DNA of 64,000 bases from contig OZ024743.1 of NCBI GenBank assembly GCA_964016885.1, positions 179,242,001 through 179,306,000 on the forward strand. The letters are read 5' to 3'. The DNA is from Eledone cirrhosa. Lineage: Eukaryota. Shown piece after piece: positions 26,385-40,723 of this stretch. Under the pieces are notes generated by a model. That model did not search any database. It saw only the letters and a list, made by a program, of their open reading frames with translations, and was not told the DNA's origin. How positions within the stretch are numbered: position 1 is the first letter of the stretch; every line of letters starts with the position of its first letter. A program made the position numbers and the translations under genes.

Positions 26385-26735
26385 ACGTAAAAATAGTCGG
26401 ACTGGACACCCGATCGCACGGTTAAACCACCGGGAGTGAAGGACCCCTAGCCTTTCTCAGGGCATTCTTCTAAGAGAAGGCAAGTCAGAAAACTGGGATA
26501 ACTCCGATATAAAACCTGCAGCTCAGTAGTTACCGATGATGTTGATCTTTTCTTCTTTTATCGTTATAGCTACTGTCTCTCAGAGAGTGGGATTGGCTCA
26601 GTGCACAGTCTTTCTTCACTTTAAAAAATATCTTCACGCACAGGCATTGTACGATAGAATTAATTAATAATTATTAATAATGGTATATCGTGCAATGGCC
26701 ATACTCGAAAACGAGGAGGCAGCCATCATCATCAT
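26385..26735 (+). mobile_element. Non-autonomous RTE-derived element, short variant with (CAT)n end
   Basis: Shares GAGAGTGGGA-TGGCT and the ATGGCCATACTCGAAAACGAG...GGCAGCCATCAT tail with 6207-6794. Confidence 0.65.
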
Positions 26736-26825
26736 GTATGTATGTATGCATGTATGTGTGCATGTATGTATGCATGTGTATATGTATGCATGTATGTAAG
26801 TATGTATGTATCTATGTATGCATGT

Positions 26826-27115
26826 GAAGGCGCATGGCTTAGTGCTTAGAGAGTTGTGAGTTCATTCTCCGATCGCGTAATGCGTTGTGTTCTTGAGCGA
26901 ATAACTTTATTTCACGTTGCTCCAGTTTACTCAGCTGTAGAAATGAGTTGCAACGTCGCTGGTACTAAGCTGTATCGGACAACACCGGTGGTGTGGAGAG
27001 AGGAGACTTGTATGCATGGAGGATAGCTGGTCTTCAATAAACTTGCCCAGATTTTGTGCATTGAACGGGAACTTTTTATGTACAAAACTCATCGTCATTA
27101 GTGACCGTTGGGGGA
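26826..27115 (+). mobile_element. tRNA-derived SINE family C (CORE-like central segment)
   Basis: GGCGCATGGCTTAGTG head and TGTGT-CTTGAG...CTTTATTTCACGTTGCTCCAGT segment shared with 61966 and 62790. Confidence 0.65.
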
Positions 27116-27345
27116 ATTATAAATGTATGTATGTATATGTCTATGCAAGCAGATGTCTAGTTCACGATGAAATAGAATTAGCGTAAGGGTCTTTCTGCTA
27201 TGAACATAGCGTATGCTTTTAAGATGACGTTGTTTGCTGTTATAGGGTTCAGTAGAGTTGATTGTCTTAACAATTATGTTAATAGTCAGAATGATGGTGA
27301 TGAGTGTTTTACTAAACACAGGTTCTTCTTATTAGGAGCGTCCAG

Positions 27346-27540
27346 TTTGTTGGATTGGTAGAATCGGTGGGATCTCAGAAAAAATACGATTGACATATTT
27401 GTTCTAGTTCTTTACCTTCTGAGTTTAAATCCCATAGAGGTCAAATTTTCCCTTTATACTTGCGATGTCGATACAATAAAGTACAATATAATCGACAACC
27501 CCACAGATGTTCAGTCTGATGCCTAATTTAGAAATGTTTA
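27346..27540 (+). mobile_element. SINE family A, degenerate
   Basis: TGGATTGGTAGAATCGGT head, TTCTGAGTTTAAATCCC, GTCGATACAATAAAGTAC. Confidence 0.65.
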
Positions 27541-27940
27541 TTAATGGCTTTCATAGCAGTTGCTGTGCTGAGTTATAGACCACATGTTGGTGATAGAAGA
27601 TATAATGATGTTGAAGCTACTGTTGCTGGTAACATTCCTTGTAGTTTTACAAAGTGGTTATTCTGGTAATGTTGGTGATAGTGTGGGTGGTAACATATGA
27701 TAACATTTCAAATAAAATAGCATACACACGGACATTTTTCTTTACACACACACACACACACGTGTGTGTGTGTGTATATATGTATGTGTATGTATGCGTG
27801 TATGTGTGTATATGCGCGTGTGTGTGTATGTGTGTGTTTATGCGTGTGTGTTTATATATATACATACATATATATATATATGTGTGTGTATTTATGTTCG
27901 TGTGTGTATATATATGTGGAAGTGTATGTGTATATATGTG

Positions 27941-27981
<41 letters not shown>

Positions 27982-28464
27982 TGTGCGTGTGTGTGTTCAG
28001 AAAACAAACAGCCAATCTTCTATGCGACTTCATTGCTGGTCCATCTAGATAAGAGTTTAGAGACATCATTGAGACAGTGTTAAGTTGATAGTCAGCCTAT
28101 CTATTGATTTTGTTTATTAGCAGTCCTGCAATACATCTTCCTTTCAATTCTCTCGAGAGCAACACTACCTGTTAGCAGTTAGGTTTTATATAACAATTAT
28201 TGATTTTTTGTTTGTTTCTATTTTTTTAACGTAGACATAAGATCCCACACTGTACAGTAGAGATACAACGGAAGGCTGACGGTCCTGACCCCAGTGCATG
28301 AGTACTATTACTTATATCGAATTAACGAGATTTAGGACCAGAACTTCAAAAAAGAAAGGTTGTGTGGAAGAGAAAAAAAAACAAAACAACTCACTGTATG
28401 TTGTAATTTGGTTCCCTGCCAAATTAGCCACTCAACCACGTATATTGCATAGCATAGCACAGTC

Positions 28465-28790
28465 CCGTTACCACTGATGTAGTCGTGGAGGTGCCGCAAT
28501 GGCAAACAACGTTTCTACGGTATTTTTAAACCTGGCAGAGCCCATCTCCTCTCAAGATCTGAATACAGTAGATTTCTTACAGAGAAAGATAGAGTAAGCA
28601 AATGGAAGTGAGAAAGGGGTATAAAAGTTAAAAGCAGAATCGACCCCAGGACTAGACTGGTACCTTTTTTATCGATTTTAAATGGCTGAAAGGCAAGGTT
28701 GACCTCAATAAGATTTGAACTCAGAGAGCAGAAAGCCGAAACGACAACCACAAAGCATTCTATCCGACTTTCTAAGGACTCTGTCAATTT
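28465..28790 (-). mobile_element. SINE family B
   Basis: Approximate reverse complement of 8413-8740. Confidence 0.75.
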
Positions 28791-29131
28791 GCATTATAAC
28801 CACGTATATATGTATTTTCTTTAAGAAATATTGATTTTGTTTTACATTCATACTTTGATTCGGAGCAATACGTGATGGGAGACCTTAATATAACTCTCTT
28901 TGTAACACTTTAAAGGATATTGGTGATGCAATTAACATTTGCTGGCTTTTAACTAAACTAGGGAAAGTGAAACCTTATCACTGATTCGGTTCATTGGAGC
29001 TTACTGCTTATCTACTGTGCCCATTATTGTGTCTATTTTGCTCTTATCAAGAGATAGATAGAGAGAGAAAGAGAGATAGGCAGAGAGAAACAGAGACAGA
29101 TAGAGAAAGCCGGAAGATGGAGGCAGAGAGC

Positions 29132-29186
<55 letters not shown>

Positions 29187-30702
29187 TAGCGATAAACGTT
29201 TCTGAACGAAGTTGTGTTTTATAGTTATTGATCAATTGCAAAGCCACGAGTTTATATGTGAAGAGAGACGTTGAGATACATCCATAAAATAGTGCAGACG
29301 TACCAGTTAAATAGATCCTCCATTGGAGTACATTAGTGTTCATTTATTACAAACTAGCAGCGATATTAGGCTTCACGGATTTAATAACTAAAATTAATAA
29401 AATCACATAAATTCAACGTATTTCGGGCAAATTGCTGAGAAAGATGTCGATAATTTTCCCTTGGTACAGAAATGTTGATTCAGACAGAGTTTTTACACCA
29501 AGTTAAAAGAAATTGTTCAAGTTGAGATTCATATAAAAAAGAAAAAAAAAAGAAGAAAAAAAAGAAAAACACAAAAACAAATAAATAAATAAATAAGTAA
29601 ATAAATAAAAATAATAAATTAAATAATATTTTACACGTACATTTTTACTCCCGGCAAAATATGCTTATCTTTAATACACTCTACTACTACCTTACGTAAT
29701 TATGCTAAATGCAATATGTTTCAAATTAGAAATATTTTCTAATAACTATTGCAGTGCTTGGGGTATAAAATATTCTGCTTTTTATTTTTGGTAAGAATAT
29801 AAGATAATAAAATTTAGAGAATGCAAAATACACTGCCACCTATTCCTTTAAATGATATGCCTTGATTGCAAAATTTCATCCATGTAGGAAGAAAGATAAG
29901 ACCTAATATTTAGACCAAATTATATTCAATAACTTAACGTATTAAGTTTTTTCATTAATTCATTGGCCTTGTTCATAAGTAAAGATGCTGAAATGTGGAC
30001 ACAGCATATCCAAATTTTTAATGAATTCGCTTTGTAATCATTATGCAGCAAGTTCGATTCCACTCCGTGGCAACTTAGACAAATGTGATTTCCTATACAC
30101 TCTGGGTGACCAATGCATTGTGAGTGAAACTTGTTAGAAGGAAACTAATTGGCCTGAATTGAAACCACGAACTGTGGGTTATTCCCCACTTTCATCCACT
30201 AGCTTTCAACAGCTTGTAAACTAAGGGGACTGAACATCGATTTTTCATTAGGGAAATGCATAGTTAATTTATAGATTCTGTCTATATTTACACTGGTTGT
30301 CTGTTGTTTGGTCAGTGTATTTCAATATTGTGGTTCCTTATTCAAAAAAACACTTAGTGTTTATATATGTTGTGTAATATATTATTAACATTAGAATGTT
30401 TGAAATCTATAATGAATGGTTTTCCTTATGCTTTTGTCTTTATAAATATATATAATGTGTGTGTGTGTGTGGGTGTGTATATGTATATATACATATATAT
30501 ACACATATATATATGTATATATACATATATATACACATATATATATGTGTATATGTATATATATACATATATATATACACATACACATATATATATGAGA
30601 GAGATGAGGGGGGGGGGGGAGAAAGAGTCTGAGACCGAGCAGATCACTAATCATGGGTGTACTCGCTATATGAGGAGATGCTAAGTGGTTATAGATATAT
30701 GC

Positions 30703-30791
<89 letters not shown>

Positions 30792-31006
30792 ATAATAATA
30801 AATGTGAAGACTAAAATCCAAAGAGGGCTCGATAAGGATAAGGATACCGATTGACTTTGTTAGTTTCAGACGATCCCGTTAAGGGTGAAAGCAGCGATTA
30901 TTTGCTTAAACTTTAATCTGTTATATTAATAAATATATATATATATATATAAATGTATATATATATATTGTCTAATGACCATATATATATATTTATTATT
31001 CAAAAT

Positions 31007-31186
31007 ATTGTTTCTACTTTTAGCACAAGGCCAGCAATTAACCAGTGTATTACTGGTACTTTATTTTATCGACCCCGTAAGGATGAAAGGCAAAGTTAAT
31101 CTCGGCGGGATTTGAACTCAGAATTAAAAGGGCCGTAACTCTTTGCGTCAAAGCATGGCGTCCGATCCTCTACCGATACTGCCAAC
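31007..31186 (-). mobile_element. SINE family A, near full length
   Basis: Near-consensus reverse complement. Confidence 0.9.
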
Positions 31187-32394
31187 CAAATATATATTTT
31201 ATTATACATATTTCAAAGGTACAATGGTGTTTAAGTACGTTTTCATCAGATAACATATATGAGAGATTGGATATGCGACATACATACCGCTACGGTTTTG
31301 GTTATTCAATTCCAATCGTGGTGACTTGGTGTATAGCCAGTGGGCACTTTTGTGGCGTAAGACTGTAATACTGAAATACATCTTGTGAGTGGTTTATCTG
31401 ATTTTGCAAGGTGCCATGTGCAATTTTAAGTAGTGTGTTTAATTCATTTCTGTTCTATAGTTTACCTTACTGAATTATTTATAAATATTCATCCACTGCA
31501 CTAAATTGTTTATTATATTCCATGTTTTTTCTTGTATTGAAGCTTCGCTTTTCAAGGAGAAACTAAACATACTTCTGAGTAGGGAGTTTAACAACTAACT
31601 CTCAAAGTAAACATTCATTATCTCTATGCATGTTAAAGCATTTATAATCCAGTTTAGTCTATATTGACGCAAGATATGCGTTGCTTCTAATTCCTGTATT
31701 AAAGCTGGGTGATGAGCCAATTGGTTTTGTTTTTATTTAAAGTACAGTCTATATAAGGAAAGAAACAGAACATTCACGTAGATTTAAAATATTTCGTTAA
31801 ACAATTTAAAAATCTCCGTCCTCAGCAGACAACCAATAAACACACACACATTGTTTTCTCTTATTCAGTTGTTGTTATTGTTGTTGGTGATGGTGGTTGT
31901 GGTGACAGTGGTGGTGGTGATGATGGCGGTGGTTGCGGTAGTGATGGCGGTGGTGGTACTGCTAGTGCGTCCGGTCCTAGTGTTGCTGGCCTTAGATCTG
32001 TAATTGTTGGAGGTGTGTATGTTACTCTGACTTCCGTTGATCCTGCTAATAGTACCGGAGTTTGTGCTTTGGTTGTGTTTGCAGTTTGATGGTGCATATT
32101 AGATGTGGCTCTGATGTCCTAGTGTTTCCAGGAAGGGGGCTCTGTTGCTCCCCTTCTGTTGATGACAGATATCTCTCAACTGGTTTGTCTGACCACTCAG
32201 ATGGCAACGAGGTCTTTTTCCATTAACTCCACACTGATCCTTGACCAGTTTTTCGGCCGGCCTCTTCTGACTTCCCGAAAGTTATCCCTGCCAGCTAGAA
32301 CCACACTGCCGAGTTTCCCCAGATATCCAACTCTAGTTGGATATCTGGTGTGAATCCGGATTAACTAGACATTTCAGTCAGGTAGGCGAAGGAG

Positions 32395-33955
32395 GTGAGA
32401 AGAAAATGAACAATCCGAAGTCTCCGGGACTAGATAGAGTTCAAAAGATGTAGTGAATGACTTGCATGAATAGCTGAACAACTCAACGCATTTTTAAATC
32501 ATGACCAATTGATACTGGAGTGGCTGACAAAAGGAGAACAGTTTTGGCCTTGAAATACATCACCTAAACGGGATGGTAGACAACTATAGGCCAAGAACAT
32601 GCTTGTCACTTATGTGGAATAATGAATGAATAAATGTCTGGGTATCTTGAAGAAAATGGAGTCCAACCAAAAGAGCAGAAAGGGTGCAAGTGTAAGCGGA
32701 GAAGTACCAATAATTAACTTTTGATAAACAAACAATACTTCGGGATACAAGAGAAGGAAACCCAACTTGGCCATGGCGTGGACAGCTTACCGTACATCCT
32801 ATGATATAATCCTGCATTCTTGAAAAATGGAATGTGTGAACCTACTGTGCATTGCATCGAATGTTGTGCGATTCTTTTGGAAATGTCTGGAGAAGCGGAC
32901 GACAGATCTGAAAGCACATGGAGGAAGCTAAAGTAGAATAAAAATCAGAGATACATTTCAAGAGAACAGTCTATTACCATTGATAATGAATTTGGCCAGA
33001 TATGAAGTCAAGGGTCACCAACAATAGTTTAACCACTTATTATTGATGGACGTCTTAAAATCTTATGGTAATGATGGCTCTCATGTCAGTTCCCTCGTCG
33101 ATACTATTTACACGTTTAGTGCTAATATCAGAATAGTGTTTGATTGAAAATGTCTGGGCTGTTACTTTTGAACAGATGCAAAATTAAATGTATGGATTGG
33201 TTGTTGCGCTACCAAGAGAAGCAAATAGAAGAGGAGGGTTATCAGTTCTTGATATATTGCAAATGGACAAAGCAATGGAGGAGGAAATGAAAGAAAGATT
33301 TAGGTGGAATGTTTGCGCAGACAGAGACTTGAACTCAAGTCGAAACTGAATGGACGGAATTAGACTAAGATTGAAGCTAACAACGTAGTAGAAGAGTTAA
33401 ACAGCTTAGACCGAAAAAAGAAAAGCTATTTACTAGATATACATTATAATTATTTCGTCCAAAGGGTAACACATACATCTTTTATGTACCAAAGAAAATA
33501 AGAGGGAGAGGTTTGGTTGGATGTAAAGATCGCATTACAGCAGAAGAAAGCATGACATGGTACATAAACAATGTCACAGAACCGAGATTGTTGGTAGTAA
33601 GTGTGTTAGGTTTGTGCAAAAGATTGCAAAGATAAAACACAGAACAAGCATTTGAAGATGGATGAAATTGAAAATAGGCGAACAGAAATAAAGAATGCAT
33701 AGGAAATTCCATAGAACCATAGAGATGTTGACGATACGACAGATAGAAGAGAAATGTGGTTATGGATAGCTAAAAGTGACTTACGCCCGGAAACAGAGGC
33801 CTTAATCAGAGTTGCTCAAGAGGAAATACTAAGAATATTTTATGTCAAACACAGAGTAGTTCACACAGCAGAAAGAGATAAATGTATAATTTGTGGCGAG
33901 AAAGAAGACACTCGGCATATAATCAGTTAACGTACACCACTAGCTCAAAATGAAA
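32395..33955 (+). pseudogene. Decayed R4/Dong-clade non-LTR retrotransposon (RT plus zinc-knuckle region)
   Basis: Interrupted frames give KSPGLDRVQ, NYRP-TCL-LMW, PKEQKGC, NLAMAWTAY--SYD, TFQENSLLPL (cf. GIFQGDSLSPL), NHLLLMDVLKSYG (cf. HLLFMDDLKLY), LYVPKKIRGRGL, DLRPETEALIRVAQE and KCIICGEKED. Many stops and frameshifts. Confidence 0.85.
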
Positions 33956-34394
33956 GGTTATTCGAGCATAAGAAACAAGAATTATTTCGATGCATACACA
34001 ATATGTTTGTTTATAATAAACATACGAACGTCTTGCTGGCATATGGCAGGCAAAGACGTGAGCGAAATTTGGTTACAATATCTAGTAAGACAAACCATCT
34101 CACAGGTGCTCCTTATTACTTCGGATTAGCAGAGATGCTGGTAGACGTTTAATGAAATACTTTCCACTTGTGACACCTCCGTATTTTGTATTTCCGCAAC
34201 TACATTATTCAATGTTTTGTATATTCATATAGTTACGCACACGCACCTACAGATGTACACACACATACACGTACGCTTACGCAGATACATACAAATATAT
34301 ATGTATGTGTCTGTGCGAGTAAGAGCATTCTGAATATACGAGGCGACATCGCATAGTACCCCGGTCTCGGGCTTTACATCTCTCTCTCTCTCTC

Positions 34395-34439
<45 letters not shown>

Positions 34440-35098
34440 ATAAAAGGCTACGATAAAATACGTGTAATGCTGACACATGCATAAGTAAAAATATTTTCAT
34501 AAAACAGACACTGATTATCTAAAAATGGCTACGCTTCTGTTAATAAGAGTATTCTACGTATAGAAAAAATATATAGTTTCGTTCACATCTCTTTGGATTG
34601 TATTCTCAGTATATTTTCATTATATTCTATTTTATAATATCTGTTCTCCTAACAATGCAATAAAGGAACAAAATTTACACCTTTTTTTTTTTGTTCATCA
34701 GTATTTTAACATATAAGAATTTCTGCTTAGAATCGATCTGTAACATTATTGTTTTAATAAAATGTCTTTGTTTTGTTGCAGTGTTCTCTTCTTAATGGTG
34801 AGAAGTAGTCTATTGTAGTTTGTTTTCGTTATCTTAACATTATAGATTATTAGAAATGGTTTTCCCTTCCAAATAACCTTTTGTTTAGGCTTCCACCTAC
34901 ATTTACATAAACAGAGACACTCTCGCAGACACAAAAACATACACTGCCATAGACACACACACACAGAAATAGACACACACAGAGGCACATACACATGTAT
35001 ACTTAATTTGGTGAATTGTTTATAAATTAAATTCTGTTTTGATTTCACCTGAACATCGTTACAATGAGTTGTGTGTGTGTCCCCACTAGTTACTAATG

Positions 35099-35609
35099 TA
35101 ATTATATAGCTGTTTCTACTTTTCTACAATTATCTCAGTGCATTACTGGTACTTTATTTTATCGATCCCGTAAGGATGAAAAGCAAAGGTAACCTCGTTA
35201 ACTAAATGTAATTATATAATTGTTTCTACTTTTGGCACAAGGACAGCAATTACTCCAGTGCATTACTGGTACTTTATTTTATCGACCCCGTAAGGATGAA
35301 AGGCAAAGTTAACCTCGGTGGGATTTGAACTCAGAACGTAAAGGGTCATATCTCTATGCTGCAAATCATTGTGTCTGACACTCTACCGATACTGCCAATC
35401 TACCGCCTTATAATTATATAATTGTTTCTACTTTTGGCACAAGGCCAGTAATTACCCAGTGCATTACTGGTACTTTATTTTATCGACCCCGTAAGGATGA
35501 AAGGCAAAGTTAACCTCGGCGGGATTTGAACTCAGAATGGAAAGGACCGTAACTCTATGCGTCAAAGCATGGCGTCTGACCCTCTACCGATACTGCCAAT
35601 CCACCGCCT
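35099..35609 (-). mobile_element. Three head-to-tail SINE family A copies (one partial, two full)
   Basis: Consensus matches at ~35110-35197, 35219-35408 and 35421-35608, each bounded by TAATTATATA. Confidence 0.9.
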
Positions 35610-35867
35610 TGTAATTATATAATGCCCTCAAAATGTTATTCTATGTGTTGGCTTTATTCATACAAAACACAGAAAACTATATATGCATATGCGTGCTCTT
35701 GTGCGTGTTTCTGTGTATGTCCATTGTGTGTGTTCGCGTCTGTGTCTCTGCGTGCGTGTTTGCGTGTCTTCGTATGTGTGTGTGGGGGGGGGGGGGGGGT
35801 GTATGTGGGCGAGGTTGTTCAATAAATAAGCGGCATTCATGTACTGGTATTACCTATTCTCATAAAA

Positions 35868-36090
35868 GGGCGGTTGAGTGGCAGTAGAATCGTTAGAGTG
35901 TCAGATAACATGCTTTGCGACATATACTTAAAGTCCCTTTAATTTCTGAGTTCAAATCCCGCCGAGGTTAACTTAGCCTTTCAACCATACGGGATCGATA
36001 AAATAAAGTAGCATAACACACTGGACTCAATTTAATCGACTTTCCCCCTCCTCTAACATCGCTGGTCTTGGGCCTAAATCAGAAACCATT
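35868..36090 (+). mobile_element. SINE family A long variant
   Basis: Consensus match; imperfect TSD ending ...ATAAAAG at both sides. Confidence 0.85.
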
Positions 36091-38475
36091 ATTTTATTCC
36101 TATAAAAGTGTTTGGTTAAAAGCTACAATTGCCAACATCAACATCAATACAAACATTATCAGTACCCTTGAGTATTATCACATCAAATCGTAGTCATGGC
36201 ACCATTTTTATAGAAACAGGACGACGGAAAATATTTCTCTCCGTGGAGACTCATAATACAAATCGATATCGAATGGTCTTTCGTCTGTATCGACGATGAT
36301 TTTTCCAGTTGTTCCATCAATAGAATAACATCCCCTACAGTTAGCCAGCATTCTAGTCACGTGTAGCCATTACTACATTATCCTGGAGAATCAGCGTACA
36401 CAGGCCACTAAGAGAAATCCAAAAGAGCATCTTTCTACCCAATTCCATTCACAGATCATAGCTTGACCCAACGCTACGTCAAAACACTTGCTCAAGATGT
36501 CACGGTGTGGGATCGATATCGGGACCTAATTATTGCAAAGCCTACCTCTTAACAATACTGCGCGCACATAAATGATATATACTCACAAATTATACGATGC
36601 TAGTGCAGTTTTTTACGATTGAACTCTATTGACTTATGGTAAATTGCAGCCGTGGATATTTACTAATTTGAAGTTATTTCTGTTGAGTATAACGCTGCAG
36701 ACTATGACAAAATAGATATTTACATATGAATGGTAACCATGAGCGTTTCATTTCCTTGAATGACTTTTAATTTAAAAAAAAAAAAAAAAATGTTATGTTT
36801 TGTAACAAATTAATTAATTTTGAATAGGTATATGTAAATTAGAGATGGACGCCACTTGGCTGAATAGTTACAGAATTCACTTCGTAATCATTATGTCCTG
36901 GGTTCGAATCGACTACCTGGCATCTTGGACGCGTGACATATATCATAGCATCGGACCGGCCAATGTTATGCGAGCGATATTTGTTATTCGAAACTATTTG
37001 GAATCCTTTTGGATATTTTGTGCCTCCAATTGAAAGGGCCACCCTTGTCACACAATTTGTCTAGCTAGATCTCCACAAAAATTACATTAATGTTACACAT
37101 GATTATGGAATGCTCAGGTACTTGCACGTTAATTTCACGTGCATGCTGTTTTGCTGATTGACAAAATGAAGTAGCCTTCGACGAAACTGGCGGCGGTTCA
37201 TTTTATTCCACAGTTTAGGGACGATGAAGTAACTTTGAGAAATTATATTTATATTTTAACTGTTGGTCAAACAATGATAAGCATTGATTGCCAGCTAAAT
37301 TATTTATAAAAAATATAATAATATACTGAAGCAAAAACCAAACCAAACAGTGAGTGTATTTTACTACTTTTTGCAATATTAGGATTACCTGACCCTCCCC
37401 AAATATAACAATATCTGTTTCACCACTCGATTTCATATCAAAACCTTGCAAAACAAATACAATACATCACCGGTCATCATCTTGTTTATGATATAAAACT
37501 TAAGTTAATGCTTGTAATGTATGCTGCATTCAAAATAGAAGCCCCTTACTGTGTAGGTTTGTTTTATATACTAGTAGTTCTGACAATTCTCCAGAGCATA
37601 ATCTTGAGTACAAAAACCAAGCGAAAGATATTAAAAGATATGTTAAATTTGCACTTAAATGTAATCTTCTAAACTCTACTGGCTATAGTCAGCATCCATT
37701 AGAGTCGTTTATCTATAATAGTATCATAGAGAATATGTATCCCTGTTCTAGTTAATATTGAATGGAGCGATAACAATATTTACGACTGTAAAATAATTTA
37801 GAGCACATCATATTCTTCATTATAACACGTTTATCATTCTCACTACAGTTTCAAGTACAGTTGTTCATTATGCTTGGAAAACATACATTTATCTTATTTT
37901 ATTGCTTTTCAAATATTTAAAACCATTCTGTTATTTGTCATTCTTCTTTACTTTTGTATGAATAAAACTCCGTCGCTTTCAATGATGACTGTTCCATGTA
38001 CTCGATTACCAGAAAAACTATTCGTGAAATTAATGTGGAAGGGGCTGATAGCTCCACCTTTATCCTTAACGTAATTCTCGCAGAGATTCAGTGTTTCATA
38101 AGGCTGGGTCTTTAGATTGCAGGTACACTTCAGTCGATGGGCTTCCAGATTCTCTCTATTCATTTTCAATCACAAGGCAGGTGTTGATACCAGGCTACTA
38201 TAAATGACACTTTCTCAAGATGACAACCTGGGGCCTAATGATAACAAAGCAAACTTCATAACCATTCGTCAATGCTGTCTCTTCTTATTGCCTTATTCTA
38301 AATAGAAAGCGTCATTTCAACAATGTCCTACAAAAGCCTAAACTTCATAATTGAAGAACTCCGTATTAACTCTCAACCGAAAGTGATATAAAAAATACTA
38401 TTTTGTTACATTGTTTCGTTATTTAAACACTACAGTGTATCTCCTCTTTCCCGTCTTATTATTTTGTGAACATTA

Positions 38476-38690
38476 CGGTGATTGGCAGGATCGGTTGAGC
38501 GTCGGACAACAAGATTTGCGACATAAACTTATGGCACAATACTCTCCGAGTTTAAATCTGTTAAATTGTTTGGCTTTGTTCCTTACGGAGTCGATAAAAT
38601 ATAGTACCACTAATGCACTGATGTCGATTAAATCGACTGTCTCCTCACGCCAGAAAATTGTTGGCCTTGTGCCTGAATCAGAAACCATTG
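38476..38690 (+). mobile_element. SINE family A long variant, diverged
   Basis: CCTTACGGAGTCGATAAAAT and TGGCCTTGTGCC...AGAAACCATT. Confidence 0.75.
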
Positions 38691-39995
38691 CTTTGTAACC
38701 CTTACGGTGTTTTACTATTTCGCAATGACAATTTTCACACATTTGTATTCACCAGTCCATCTAATAATCAAATATACTTATCATATAGTCTTCCATTTCA
38801 ACTCCGATATTTATCATTTTTCTCCACTATTTAAATCTGTCGATATTTACCTAATCTGTGTTGTACAGTCAGTCATCATCCACGATTTCTTTTCCTTAAT
38901 AGTTTTTGCTATTTTTGTAAGCTTTAATTCTGACTATATCAAAACGCTTAAGGATTTCTAGTGATACACATAGTAGAAGTAGTAGCATGTGGTAAATACA
39001 GCGACAAGCACTGGAGGGCTTACAAACCTAGATCGAAATACAATATCAACCATACAAGTCATTTCTTTTCAATTAACCTTGCAGATGTAAATCTACCATA
39101 CGATAATTGGAATATGTGTGTTCGTAATGTATGTGCTTCAATCTGATTTTCCTGAATAGAACATTGGTCTATTGCGTGTAACAGTCCTACAAGCATGTAT
39201 TGGGAAGATTATAATCAGATATTTGTTTACATTCGTGGAAGTGTGTTCATTACACATATAATAAATCCCATTGACGGCTAGAACACAAGATACTTCGTCT
39301 GATGATTTCAGAATATATATAATACCATCTTGTAATGTTGGCGTCATAACAAGTCAAGTTACCGGGTCATGTTTGACACCTTGTTGTGCCTACATCACGT
39401 ACGCTAATACTATCTCCAATTTCTTTTTTCGTTCTGTTATCAAGTATTAGTTAATGCATATTTTGTTTATATTTATAGCAGGTCGGATCTGGTGAGATCT
39501 TCATTGTTTTCCGAGGTACTGCTGTATATATTCAGAGCGAAGTAAGTTCATGAAAACATTGTAGGATTCCATCTTCGCTTTACGTCGATGAGTTCCTACA
39601 CATTTGAGACTTAACAGCAATATTAAAACATATTACAATGCTGATGATGGTGTATGAACCAGTAGAATCTCAGACTGTTATCTGGATCTCTTACTGAATT
39701 TTCAATTCAAATGTACAATTTAATAGAGATGAATCGTTGGAACCCACAAAGGAATACATATTGATAACATAATAGCAGTATATTATATGTAACAAAAGAA
39801 TTCTGGTAAATTATATCGATATTTTTAACTGTTGCTCAATCGCTCATTAAACATTGATTGGCGGCTACATTATTAAAAAAAATATAAAAAAATACTGAAG
39901 CAAAATCCAAACCAAACAGTGGGTGTGTTTTACTGTTTCTTTTGGCAATATTATATGACCGTCCCCAAATATAGCAGTATTATTATGATAGCAAA

Positions 39996-40177
39996 GGCGG
40001 TGGATTGGCAGTATCGGTAGAGGGTCTGACGCCATGCTTTGACGCAGAGAGTTACGGCCCTTGCCATTCTGAGTTCAAATCCCACCGAGGTTAACTTTGC
40101 CTTTCGCGGTCGATGAAATAAAGTACCAGTAATGCACTAGGTAATTGCTGGCCTTGTGCCAAAAGTAGAAACAATTA
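39996..40177 (+). mobile_element. SINE family A with perfect 17-bp TSD
   Basis: TSD ATTATTATGATAGCAAA at 39979-39995 and 40174-40190. Confidence 0.92.
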
Positions 40178-40723
40178 TTATGATAGCAAAAACCTGACTA
40201 CTAACCTCAGTGCCACAAATTATATTCCATATATCACAGCATATTGGAGGAAACAATGGAGAGTTGGATAAAATGTTTTGCCGTAATTGTTCTGTTACCC
40301 TCTCTCCATGATTTCAAATCCAGTAGAGATCAACGTTTTCATTTTTCTTTTTATGATCGTTGAATGAAATACCAGAAGAAATGAGATCGTAGGTGTATTA
40401 GAACATTGGACGGGATGCCTTTTGGTATCCGATTCGACTTTTTCCGCCTGACTTTTTCCATTCATGGTCAAGGTTATTCACACGAACTCTAAACATAATT
40501 GATTATGAAAACGTAGACGTCAACGAGTTGAACGATAATATCAAAATTGAGGACAGGAGTTGGTTAGCTCGGAATTTCATATTTTCTTCTAATTGTGATA
40601 GATACACAAGTACAATACACAGCGTGTTGTTGCTTTACAATATAACTGAAGGGAGGATGTGTAGCTATTTCCAGTAAAACACACCACCTCACAAGGTTTA
40701 TACTGTTCCAGTAGATAAATAAT

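Noticed and set aside
31861-32097. Pro/Thr-rich minus-strand ORF
   Set aside because: Derived from a short GGT/GTT low-complexity patch; no domain or splice support.
39641-39675. CTGATGA-TGGT...ACCA stem
   Set aside because: Followed by GTAG rather than GAAA, and no stem I/III.
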